In this document: one piece after another, positions 1-12,600 of the stretch
Position numbering within the stretch: position 1 is the first letter of the stretch
How the letters are laid out: the number at the start of each line of letters is the position of its first letter
NCBI GenBank assembly: GCA_030141605.1
Contig: JAQGDQ010000109.1
Location: forward strand, 186,001 to 250,000
Direction of reading: 5' to 3'
DNA length: 64,000 bases
Source of the DNA: Tubiluchus corallicola
Taxonomy: Eukaryota; Animalia; Priapulida
Made by a program: the position numbers and the translations under genes
The notes under the pieces: generated by a model
The model's input: the letters and a program-made list of their open reading frames with translations, nothing else
What the model was told of the DNA's origin: nothing
The model's database searches: none

Positions 1-596
1 TTAATTCGAAATTTGCTTTAGAAACATTATAACGCTGCTTTTAGAAATAATGAACAATCTTCTTGTAAAGAGATTATACATTAAATATAATAGCGCAAGA
101 AGATGTTTATAAAGAGATTATACACGAGCCTTGTAGACACCACGTTGAATTAATCCACGTCACGTCCGCGACAGTGGCGCTTCACAGGCTTTTACATATA
201 ACACTGTCACCCCACACATTCAAGAACAGCAAAAAAGAATAAAAAAAACAGAAAATAAGTGCCTGTGACATACACCAACTTAAGACGTCGTGTGGACTAA
301 GTTTTGCTATCACAAAAATATACTTGAAAGGCTCATAAACTCACAAAAAGCGAAAATGTCCAAAGATAACGCAGTGATGGATGAGCGCAAGTCAAGTACT
401 GAGTCGCTGAATGACGCTTCGTTTCGGTTCAGAAAATACTTGCATCGAATCTCAAGAGGAAGCAAAAAAGTTTTTCCGAATCTTTCTTCTACGCTCTAAT
501 CTGTTTGTTTTATTCACCAACAATTATTTATTGAAGTTGGAGCGCCTTGTGCCTCTGCATATTCACTTCATAAATCAGGATGAGTTTAACTCCAAG

Positions 597-663
597 CCCT
601 AAACCTATCCCTAAAATTGGTCTAACCCTAGTCCCTAGTTCTAATCCTAACCTTTATCCTAAC
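597..663. repeat. Degenerate interstitial (CCCTAA)n-like tract
   Basis: CCCTAAACCTATCCCTAA...CTAACCCTAGTCCCTAGTTCTAATCCTAACC. Confidence 0.6.
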
Positions 664-2756
664 GCACCGCAACGTTTTTCTCAATCCACGATATTCGCAT
701 TCACGTTGCATTTGAGCGTGGAATCTTGTTGAACTGAATTTTATCAATAACTGAAATTCTTATTGTCAATTTACCAATATTATTGTCATAAATTGTAACA
801 GCTGCTCCTGCATAATGTTTAATGAGACTGTTATATTGCATGGCAATTAAACTTGGTTGATTTAAAAGAGATCATACTGAGATCAAGATGACAACTAGTG
901 AGAATTAAAGTGGAAACTAAAATTAACATCTATTTAAATCTGGTAAGCATTTCCGCCATTGTGGCAGTCATTCTTGAAGGGATTACCTTAAAGGGATTAA
1001 TTTTCAAAGGGTTTAATTCAGGATTTGTTTGATTAATGCTGCTTTATTTACCTTTTTATCTATTCGAATATAATGCCTAACTTAATTATTTTCTAGTTTT
1101 AACAAAAAATGGTAAATTTTAGATTCGTATCATTTCAGCTTAAACATAAAATGTTTGCAACCGCTTAAAAACAAAAGCACGAGCTATTCCATAACACATT
1201 ATATTAATTTTCTACTACCGCTTTAGTGTTGTCAGTGTTCAGCGTTCCAGTAAAAGTTGCGTATTCAAGTTTAGGGTGCGCGTGATTTCTGAGAAGCACA
1301 CCAGCTTGAGGTAGATGCTTCATCATACAAGCTTTTCTAGTGCTTCTATGATTTTGACGACAAACGAGTATCTATATTCCCTGAGACAAAACTGACAACA
1401 CGTGTTTGATCATCTGCAGGCAATGTTGACAGACATGCTTCGGAATGCGCCTCACCACTGTTTGTCATCTCGCTAGTTAACGTCATCGGAGACCATTAAT
1501 CAGGTATGACGTCATATATACAGTTTCAATAAACGGAGTTTTACAGAATTACAAGCTGAAGCTGATGCTTTCCTTTCTTTTTTGTGTCTTTTTTTCTGAA
1601 TTTCTTATATTTGGTGTCCATGTTTTCTTTTCTAATATTTGCAGTTAAAAATGTAACATACCAGAGCGGATTACATTGTCCTGCTACCGAAACACTTGAC
1701 TAGGAGGTTTTGACCTTTCAATGGGCGAAGCTCAACAGTTTTGTCGTCAAGATATTGGTGGTGCTGTGGTAGTGCCATTTTAAAACCGCCTTTTTGTGTG
1801 AATAGAGCAATTTACTTTTACAAGGTTTGCCGAGCGAATTTCAATGGCTGAACTATTGAGATGCTTTACGTAAATTGACGATGTCTAGCACACTTATCTT
1901 CTCAATATGTGATTTGAAAGATGATTGGTATAAAATTATGCTTGTCGTATGCTGCTTAATAGTACAAGATTCTGAATCACGAGTAATGCCCTTAATGCTT
2001 CAATAGGGTGTTGATTCATACGATAAAAAACGTCAGATAACTGTACTGCCATGGTCAAGCATGGGTGGCGGTTCATATATAAAATATAATAAATCAGAAT
2101 TGTTGACCTCTTTGCTAATCTGGACGGAAATAGTTTTTTAAGTACAGCTTTCCATTGTTTTATCACAGACTTTCATTGTAATTAAGCCTAATGGAATTTT
2201 ATTATTTATTTCGTTTGTTTTTACTGAGTTGCCCAGGAATTGTGTCTTTTCTCTTAGTGCTCCAAAAGCCATGGATAAGAAAAGCTGAAAATGGACATGG
2301 GTCAACTTGTGTTTTTGTGTTTCCTTTCAGCTTAGCCATACTGAAATACAAAAACTGACATTTCGCAATAGTGCTTTTGTAGAAGAGTAGGACAGTGTTA
2401 CAGCTGTACCTGTTTCATTACTTCCACTGGTCCTAGTGACTGTTTTTTCTGATCACCAGTGATCATCTACTAAAGTAACTAATCCATGTTCTGTAAATTC
2501 ACTATGTATGTTAATGACTACTGTATCTTAAATCCGCCTATTATTCTACATTGTGGATCTGCCTGTAACCTGACAAACCTTCATCCTGATCAGTAATATT
2601 TCTTTATTTTTATTGTATTTTTGTTTGTTTTGTTTATTTTTCCTTTTCAAGCTTTATTTTAATGTCCATGGTTTTGGATTGTTGCTGAACCATGGACGTG
2701 TGTTTTATACTTATTATAATTCAATGAATTTGTAGAAACATGTTGTAACAAATTAG

Positions 2757-2821
2757 ATAATGATAACGATGATGATGATGATGATAACGATGACGACGAC
2801 GACGACGATGATGGTGATGAT
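2757..2821. repeat. Imperfect (GAT/GAC)n microsatellite
   Basis: Run of GAT, GAC and AAT triplets. Confidence 0.9.
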
Positions 2822-2963
2822 AGCATACAATAAAGTAAATTATTCGAGTGCAGGTTCTGCATGAGCGAAATATGTAACTATATCATGGCTCTAAATGTTG
2901 TTATGGGCAATATCCGAGTTACGTTAAAATAGGAAATCGACATTAGCAAATGGGGAGTAATGT

Positions 2964-3374
2964 CAGTGGCGGATTATGATTTTATGGGCCTTAGGCTTGA
3001 GCTTGGAACGGGCCTTTTAAATGTTGCTACACTGCTGAGCTGACGTGTTTTTGTGGAGCTCTCGTCGTTTGTAAGTTTGTTTAATTTTGTGAATTTTTGC
3101 CCACCCATTGTGATAAAAATTATATCTTCGTGATCCTTGAGTTGTGGACTAGGACTATATAAACACGATTACAGCTTGGTGAATTTCTGGGTTAGATGTC
3201 AACTAAAATAAGCCAATCAGAAACTCTGAAACTCAGAAACTCGGGTCCCTTGCTCTTTTGTCAATTTATTATTTTTTTTACAAAAAAAATTTTTTTCGTT
3301 TTATTTTGCCGGGCCCTTTTTGATCCCGGGCCTTAGGCTTCAGCCTATTCAGCCTATAGGGTTATCCGCTACAG
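2964..3374. mobile_element. hAT-type MITE (411 bp) in KCNK intron 1
   Basis: Ends CAGTGGCGGAT and ATCCGCTACAG (9/11 inverted match). Perfect 8-bp target-site duplication AGTAATGT at 2956-2963 and 3375-3382. Subterminal repeat GGGCCTTAGGCTT near both ends. Confidence 0.85.
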
Positions 3375-3654
3375 AGTAATGTATTAGGGATTATTACTTT
3401 TATTTGGCCAAGCTTCTATTGTTACTCCAGATAATTCGACAAACAGCTATATAAGAGCTATCATCATCGGTTGGCTTTGTGTAGTTTCGGCAATTAAAAA
3501 TAACGTTTTAGTTAACTTAAAAATGTGATTTCGTAAACGCAAGATGCGAAAAGGTCCATCTTTAAAGCGAAAGACAACATTATAAGAAATGTAGGTGTAG
3601 GAGCGAAGAAGTGTGTTTATAATATAGGAGATGCGGGTAGAAAAGTTGAAATTA

Positions 3655-3975
<321 letters not shown>

Positions 3976-4779
3976 TCATGTCTCTCGCTGGGAATGCTGG
4001 CCATCTGGACACGTACACTGCCATGCGAGTCAATGTCTCACAACGTATAGTAATAAACAACGCGCACTTGAAGGCCTATAATCTATTGTGCCAGCAAATG
4101 TATTGTTCTTTGTCTGGTTGGTAAGCAATGGGCTTCATTTGACAACTCGGCTTGCTGTATAATACTGAAGTTAGAGGTCGCCGTAAGCATGCGCAACGGA
4201 TTTGTCAACTGCGTTTGCCGTTAATCAATAACCTGTTGGAAAACCGTAACGTCATTATTTTCTTAGCGATTAGTAATGCGTTAAGAACCACAAATGAACC
4301 GGACATGTAAGCTGTGTCTATTGTATAATAGCTCTGAAGGACATTTTCGCGCGTCTTTCAAATTTCGAGCGTCTGCCTAGCCGCACAACAAAACAGCCTG
4401 CGATTGCTTTTATTTGTTGCAGAACAACTGTTTAAACACCATTGACGTAATTTGTATCTCTTCCCGTCCCTCTCTCTCTGTCCTACCTATGTGGCTACTA
4501 GAATCTACTTACCTACCTACCAGATTACTTATCTATGTACCATTCCATCTGTAGCTTTGGCTGTCTGATTACCTCTGGCTGTCTGTTTTAGAAGGAGTTT
4601 AGCGTTCAAGTTGATAATCCGTTCTTTAAAAAGCAATCTCATAAAAGCATTTGCTGCACCCCATAAAAATGTTTTCCAGCTTTTATTCTGCAGTAGTTCC
4701 TGCCCAAGTGCCACTGTTTATATGACTTGAGACGTAACAGATACAAGGCAACATACACCATTCCACTCTGTCCTGTACT

Positions 4780-4895
4780 CCCCGACACTGCCCTGCACTG
4801 TTCCGTTCTGTCCCGTCTTGTCTCGTCTCGTCCCATCCCATCCCATCCTATCCCATCGTATCCCATCCCATCCCATCCCATCCCATCTCATCCAC
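4780..4895. repeat. Pentanucleotide microsatellite, (ATCCC)n with a degenerate lead-in
   Basis: TCCCA repeats at 4831-4887, preceded by degenerate 5-mers. Confidence 0.85.
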
Positions 4896-6769
4896 TCATC
4901 TTCTGTTTTGTTTTGATCCTTTCCACCTACTTTGTATTTTTTATTTCATTTTATTCTCTTGCAAGGAAGGTCATTTTGAAGTTCACGTAACATTTTAGCA
5001 AAGCTGTGTACATATTTCCAGATACTGTACGCAATCCAAGTGTACGCAGTCCAATTTGCAATATTCAGTAATCGTTGCACAAGGATTTTATTTACAGTCG
5101 ATCCTTTACATGAGCTGAGAGCTGTTAGCTCTTTGTCGACTGTATATCGGTTATACACACGCAGACTGACAGCGTAAATTGTTTCTTGTCCATGTGGGGA
5201 AATGAAACTCCCAAGGGTTGGACAGAGAACGAGTCAGAAACTTTGAAAGAGTCAGAAAAATAACAAAATCTAAATGCTAAAAAACAAATGAAAAATGTTT
5301 CTAAAACCGAATAGTCCAACAGAACATGTGACCTAGTGTACTAGAAAAATTAATAGATTACGGAATAGAATAATTTATGTCGAAATGTGAACTTCTTTTA
5401 TACGTTTTCATGGCACGTAATTTTGCATGTTATAGGAAAAAGAATATGAAATTATTAATTTATAATAGTTGGACTCTGAAGTGTCAGGTACAGTATTTTC
5501 TAATTTAGAATCTGGAGACCAAATAACAAATAGAGACTTCCGCTGCTCTTAGTTCACGAACTCTAAGGGGTGCGAACTTTTATGTTATGTCGTATGAACA
5601 TTTTTTAGCATTGTACCAGTATTACATGTTTACAAAATCAACAACGGAATGTAGATTACATACGTTTGCTATCCCCAATGAAATCATTTATTAGGCCTAT
5701 ACTCTATTACAAACACAGTAAAAGAATAACTGTCAGTATTAATATTTTACCAAGCCAAAACACAGAAAGAATTTTAGAGAGAAAACATCTGACTCAGTAC
5801 GCTAACTCGCAGATGTTCTCTTTCATGCCGGATCTCAGCTCAGTTTGTCTCACACAAAAATTCTTTGTGGAGCCTTGAGAGTCAGACGTTTCTCCACATT
5901 GTTTTTGTCCTTCATTTTCCGATATTACAATATAAAATGAGTATTTACAGCGTGGCTCCATCTCTTGGTACCAGCTTTGAATCTCCTTAAATATGCCAGG
6001 TAAAAAATTAACGTGACCTAGAAGCCTGTTTTACATAGCCTACACAGATAGTTGTGACTTTTCTGTTAAAAACTTCTTGAGGTTTTTATACTGTGAAACA
6101 TGTAACTGTTAGTATTAATGGTCTGAGCCAGATAAAGAGGCAAAATGTTTGTATATACAATTCCTGTTTGCTTATCTGAGAGATAAGAGATTAATAGGTG
6201 CCTGGTAAAAGGCAATTACAAATTAACATATTATTTGCTTTCACGAACAAAATGGACAAAATATAAAGCAATTTCCAATGGTTTAATGTACTCTGGATAA
6301 ATAGTCAAGAACAAAGTGGAAAGCCAAACAGGTTCTTAGGATACGTCTCACATCTCATAGTTAGGATAGATATTCACAGTGTACATGCAAAATGAAACTG
6401 ATACCAAAAGTAAAAAAGGAAAAGAAGAACGCAAGTACAACCAAGATGTTGGCAGCACTGAAGCCTTAGTTTTCACAAAACTGCAGCTATCTCTGGACAG
6501 TCTGAGTACGTTCTTGCAGAATGTTTGCACTTTGAATTGCACCAATCAAAAATCGAAGAAAAAAAATGTATGCAGTGTAATTTTGAAGAACACAACACAC
6601 TAAAAACCTGCCAACAGCTCTGGAAGAATGGAACGTTTCAAGGTTGAAAAAGCAGGAATGTGCTGCAGAAGCTGTGAATTGGGTTCATACTAGCAGAAGT
6701 GATATAAAGAAAATTGTGAGGTGCGTTAGAGGAGGTTAGTGAAAACGCTCCAATCAAAAGTCTCCATTA

Positions 6770-7163
6770 GCTCTCCTCGACTCAGGCTCTTCCAACACGT
6801 TTTTGCAAGGCATCGTATGAGAGGTTGGGTGCCAGTGGTTTAAACAACTTGTCTTTGACCACGTTGGAAAGTAGCAGGAAAATAATTAATGCCTGAAAGT
6901 GTCTGACTTTGATAGCAAGAACGCTCACTTTTCCTTATGTTTGTTAAAGCCTCTGTGACAATGGCAGGGATTTTCTTGCAAACAAAGCAAGGCTGACACT
7001 GCGGCCTGAGCCACAGGTTGATGCAAGAAACTTCTAACTTAGATACTTAATTGACCGAGATGTGACGGGTGCGCTAATTCCACTGGAGGTGAGACCGGGT
7101 CGAAGAGGAGTTCTGTACGCAATAAAAACAAAGCTCGGGTGGAGCCTAAATGGGCCCATAGCA
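6770..7163 (+). mobile_element. Degenerate BEL/Pao LTR-retrotransposon pol fragment (aspartic protease region)
   Basis: ALLDSGSSNTF protease motif at 6770; RLGASG..LSLTTL; LIDRDVTGALIPLEVRPG...YAIKTKLGWSLNGP at 7047-7157, typical of BEL/Pao pol. Broken by frameshifts and stops. Confidence 0.75.
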
Positions 7164-9671
7164 GGCGGTACCACGAATAACGTTATTGTCGGCACAAATT
7201 TCGTCAAACTTACATGATCACAATTACGTGAAGCAAGGCCGACATGAGATCACCTTTAGAAGACGGCAGTCGGGCAAACGGGGAATAGTTTGGCTCGTGG
7301 CTTGAATCGCTAGAATCCTATGGCCTTCAAAACTGGCTGCACGTGACGATAAGAGTGATGTTCACTGTTCGGACAAGAGTGTGCACATGTAATTTTCAAA
7401 GTTTTAATGAATGTTTTCTTTGTGGAATAAACGTTTTGTTTTGAAGGAGAGATATTCACACTTTTGATTCATATTGTTTGCACAAAAATTTGGTGGCTAT
7501 TTTGTTTTTCCGTATGACCTTTCCTCGATAGTTTTTCAAGTCAACCACAGTTTTTTCGGATTCAGCATAGTAACTTGATACGACTGGCTATGTTGCCGCC
7601 TTTTAGGAAAAACGCCGCCAGGGTTCCGCTTTTTGAAAACTCGTCTAGTCTATATATAACGTAATTTAGAGTAATAATCTATAGGTATGCTAGGGGCACA
7701 TCCCTTGATGAAGAAAGGTCTAATTTTGTTAGCAAATGAAAGAGCTCACTTTGCTTTTTTTAAGAAGCAAGCTTATGTTTATCTTTAACTTGTAGGAATT
7801 CGAGGCAATCTACTTAAAATTAGTTTTCTAAGAAGAACTTTTTACTTTCTTAGTTAGCAAATGCTAGTGAAAACATGGTGTAATATGATATTAGCGTTTA
7901 CATCGTGGTTCCATACCAAATGATAATGACGGACTAACATGGTAACTGATTTCAAATTAAGTGGACAAAATGTTTCAATGTTTTCAAATGTTTTAGTTAT
8001 TCGGGATAAATAGTCAAGAATAAATTGGAAAGCCAGCCAATAATTGTCTCATCAGAGCATAACCTTTTCGTTTCTCTTCGTGTGAAATGTGAATCACCCA
8101 CTTCCTTTATTGTAGCAGCCTTGTTTTGGCATAATTATCTCATTATTACCGTGATAACATCATCTCAATTAAGTGGAACCTGGGATAGATCTGCAGCAGC
8201 TACATTGACATTTTTCCTCCTTGTCATAAACTAGCGCTCTGTAGATCACCACACCAGCCTACATGAACTGAATTAAGAACGTCATCAGACCTGATGATAA
8301 AAAATCCATGATCTGCGCCGTTTCTATGATCTGCTGCTTTACTTTGTTTTGGACTAAAAAATATAGTGAACACATTTGATTTCACAGAATATCAATACCA
8401 GGTACGTTATAAAGACAGCTCTCCTTTCTCCTGTAAAAGTACGTGCCCCCTGAATATGATGGCTTTGAAAATTTGAAGTATCTGTTCTCACGCTGGTTTA
8501 AGAAATGGCGGCCAGGTACACGTTGATGTGGTGTTCTATTTCTGACTAGAATGTGCAGATATTACTATTAGATTCTTAATTGTCCCATTAACTTCTATTT
8601 CTCTAAAACGGTTATGTATTACATACACTGTAATCGCACGTAAAAGTCCACGGAATGTCTAATTTTACTTACAAACGATGACGACAAAATCTTTGGCCAT
8701 CATATAAAAGGGCAAGTTTTAAAATAAAGTGCCAGGATTTGTTAAAAAGCCATTGATCTTACAACTGAGGCAAGAACTATAACAATAATTATAATATCGG
8801 GTTATGATGTGTGGTGCTTAAACTGCACATTTTATGTTGGTATTAGGATTTCAGAATCCAGCTTTTTCTGTCAATTTAAGTTACTAACGTATAAGGTGCG
8901 ACATAATCTTTTTCTAGGGTGTATAGAAATAACGTGTGCAGAAGAATTTATTACATCACAGTATTGCTGAAAAAAGAGAGAATCTACCAATCTGTCTTCA
9001 GTATTTAGTGTGAAACCCTCGCCGTGTATCTCATGCTGCAGTCTTGAGGCAGATCAAACTGAAAGATCTGGAACTCACATACAATTCGTGCTGTCCCAAA
9101 GAACAAAATGGAGGCTTATATGATCATCCACGAACTTACTTTAATACTACAAGCTTCTGAAATATCAGCAAGACGTGTTGGAGGATCCTGATTTTGATGT
9201 TGATTTCTTCAAATCTCTGATCATACCCCTGAAAACTGCATGCAGTGCAAGATGCATGAGGCTCGCACACTAAGTATTGATTCAGCAATACTTTGATGTA
9301 ATAAATTGTTCTGTGCTCCCAATTGTCCCCCACACCAGCAAAAAGTTGTCATATCATGATGCTATATTTGGGACAATGCGTAAACCACTTTATACTCTCT
9401 AGCCAACACTAACATGCATTGCACTGCTAATATTTTATCGTATTCTGGGTTTTTTACTGTAAGCGAGCAAAATTAATGATGCAAAGTAAAACGACAGATA
9501 ACTACATATCAAATTATCTATGGTCACGGTGGCGGCGTGATCGTGCGATGTGTAATATGTGGATGTGAAGGAAATAACGCGTGTCACGAGACGACACTAA
9601 CGTGAATTCTCGAGATAGAATTATTTGGAAAGCGAAAACGAGGCTTGTGTAATTGGAAGGGAAAGGGTATC

Positions 9672-12600
9672 ATGTCAGACCGGGAGAGTGGAGATGAACA
9701 GTCTCAGCAGCCGGGCAGAGGAGGTATATTCTGTTTTGATCGGTTGCATATCAATCTGTTGTTATTGTACTAATAAACTGCCAAAAATTAAATCTGTAGG
9801 TGGACGTTCAGTTCCGTTTTGGGGCATTGAAATCGAAGTATGTTTGTAGATTACTTAGGTAGTCGTACCTTGATACTGATAATTCAGCGTAAATATTCTC
9901 TTAAAATTCAACATGATAATTTTTTATCAGTAAAGTTTTAAGCGTAAAACATTTCTCTGATTTAGCTACTTGACATAAGACAGATCGCCTAGTTTGTAAT
10001 AGTTATTGTCAGCGTGATGGCGAAAATCCTATGCATTGTCTTGCAGTTCATTCGTTTATTGGCATTGCAAACAGTTCTGAGCCACCTTTGGCATCTTACT
10101 TCCTAATTTAAGTAAATATGTATTTAGTATTGCATGCTGTTGTATGCAGTTAAACAATGTGGAGCGTGGCCATTTTTACTGCCTCTTCTTTTAGTAACTT
10201 ATGTATGCCAATTATGTGCTCATTTCATGTTTAAGTAAGCGTCTGCTACTTAAAACAAATAATATTCTGCGAAGTTTTGCTAATAACATATTGTGCCTTT
10301 TCCAATACTGGGGCTTTCCAAATAGAAAAATTCATGTTTTGACAATTGGATGTGTCTCACTATGCAGCCTTTATCCAACAATGCCTCATTACATGCAAAT
10401 TTTAGAATGCGAGGTACAAGAGTAAATTACCTGCCCTACTCCGTATAGACTATTTGTCGGAGGTTTTGTTTTGTAAAAAAGAAAATGAAATGTGTTTTGT
10501 TTGTGACTTATAAGTCCAGCCAGCAGGCATACCATGATAAGCAAACATTGATTACTGTCCAATTTATGCTGCTGTGTTAATATATATTTGATCAGCCAAT
10601 ATTCCACATCAGGTAAAGTTTTTCTTAAAGCAACACTGTGCTATAGCTTGTAGGTTTGTTTTATTCTGTTCAGTTTTTTCAGTTTAGGTAAAGCAGTGTA
10701 TAATTGTAATGCTAAAATACATCATTTAGTGTCAGTACTGTAAATTAAAGAAATAACTCCTATAAAACAGTGAAATGTACAAACTTTTAGTTCACCATTG
10801 GTACTAGAAAAATTGCATAGCAGTTAAAGCAACAAAACTAAAAACTTTTTCTACTGGTGATTGTTTCTAGATGGCTTTGGTGGTCAGCAAAATGAGGTGG
10901 AGCTGGCTACAAAAATGCTGCAGATTCAGTCCAAGAGGTTTTACTTGGATGTAAAGCAGAACAAGCGAGGTCGCTTCATCAAGGTGGCCGAGGTGAGGCA
11001 ATCTTGAGTCTCTTTGTTTGTTTATCTTAGAAGTATTTGTATACCTTGTAGTAAATCTTAGTGGTGTTTGCTCAAGTTTGATTGCCCAGCTCCTTGCACT
11101 TTTTAAGCAGTACAGTTGAGCCATTCCGAATATATTTGACAAGAAAAACTGAAAGTGGTGTTTTTTAACAAATTCAGTTTTTTAATAAAGCTTACCATTT
11201 TATTGGTGCTCATCTATCAGTTCTTTTAAGCAACCTTTATAGACCCTTTTGTGTTTTCTAACATGCATTTCATCTAGAAAATCTAGACTTAATTCTAGGA
11301 CTATTGTCTGTTTGAACTTTAACCAAAATTGTCTGCTGCCATGGCTTCTTTGTCTGGTTTGTGCATTTTTCAAGTTGTCGAATTCTAAATGCACCACTAC
11401 TGCAAAATGCATCACCCTAAGGTTGCTGATCAGTGTAACATACTGGCAGCATAAATACTGCCCACATTTACTTATTTTTTTTTTATAAAACAGAAGTTGT
11501 TGCTGGGCTGCAATTTATATGGAACGTCATGTTGGTTGGGCTTCTTTTATCTCTAACCATTTATCTGAAGTTACCTCTTCAGCTATCAACAGTTTTTATT
11601 TTTTATCACCTACTATTCTTCTTTAATAATTACTTCAGCACCAGTATTGGGTTTTTACAATAGTTATCAGCAGTTTTTAATTCTTGGCCCCTGTTATCCC
11701 CAACAGTTCAACTGAAGTATCTATTTCAGTGCTATGCATTAGATCACTATGCCAGTTATTTGCAGTATTCATTATAAAAACACCTTGTCAAAACCTTAAG
11801 AGGAAATTGAATGCCAGGGTTTTAGAAAAACTTACCTTTGACCTTGAGTGGTTCACCTGAAGACACCAAACATTGGCCAAAATCTGTTTGATTGTCCAGA
11901 TGCTTGTGAATTTGTCACAGCTGTCTCTCTTCTGCTACAGAGTATCAGCTACAAATTTATATCAACAGATATGTTTAATAATTATTTTGTGATTTTGGTT
12001 TATAAAACTTGTGCACATTTGCAGGTTACTATTACAAGAGTATTTGTTATATACTTTATGTGCATTGTTCTGAGCATTTCGCTAAAAATTATTTTAATTT
12101 TTTTAAAATCTGGAATTTTCTAGGAGCCTTATTAGCTCATAAGTGGTCAAATGATAATATTATTAGTTAATATTATTTACCAGTGTGTGCTTTGGATTGT
12201 ATGAAACTTTACATTGCACTTAATTTACTTGTTTACAAAGTCCAACTAACTGAAAAAAGGTCACTAAATTTCAGTAATTTGCTGAGGGTGATAAAGAGAC
12301 AGAACTTCAGTTAGTGTTATTATTTCTGCTACTTTTGTCTTTCGCATAGTTGTCTAAAACTTCAATAATTAGGCAACTGTAAAAAACAGAAAAATTTGAT
12401 GTCGTAGAGTCACCCTTATAGCAATTAATACTAATAATTATATGACCTATATATTTAAAATAAACATTTCATTCAGTTAACTAGATTTACCTACAGGTGT
12501 TAAGATCTCATTATGTCATTCTTTTGCTTAATTGTTTTCTAGTATTTTAAGAGATTGTGATGTCACCCATTGTTGCATTGTCAACTACAGAGTACAGATT

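Noticed and set aside
9136-9333. Minus-strand 65-aa ORF upstream of Pur-alpha
   Set aside because: No identifiable domain or splice structure; could be a transposon remnant but cannot be assigned.
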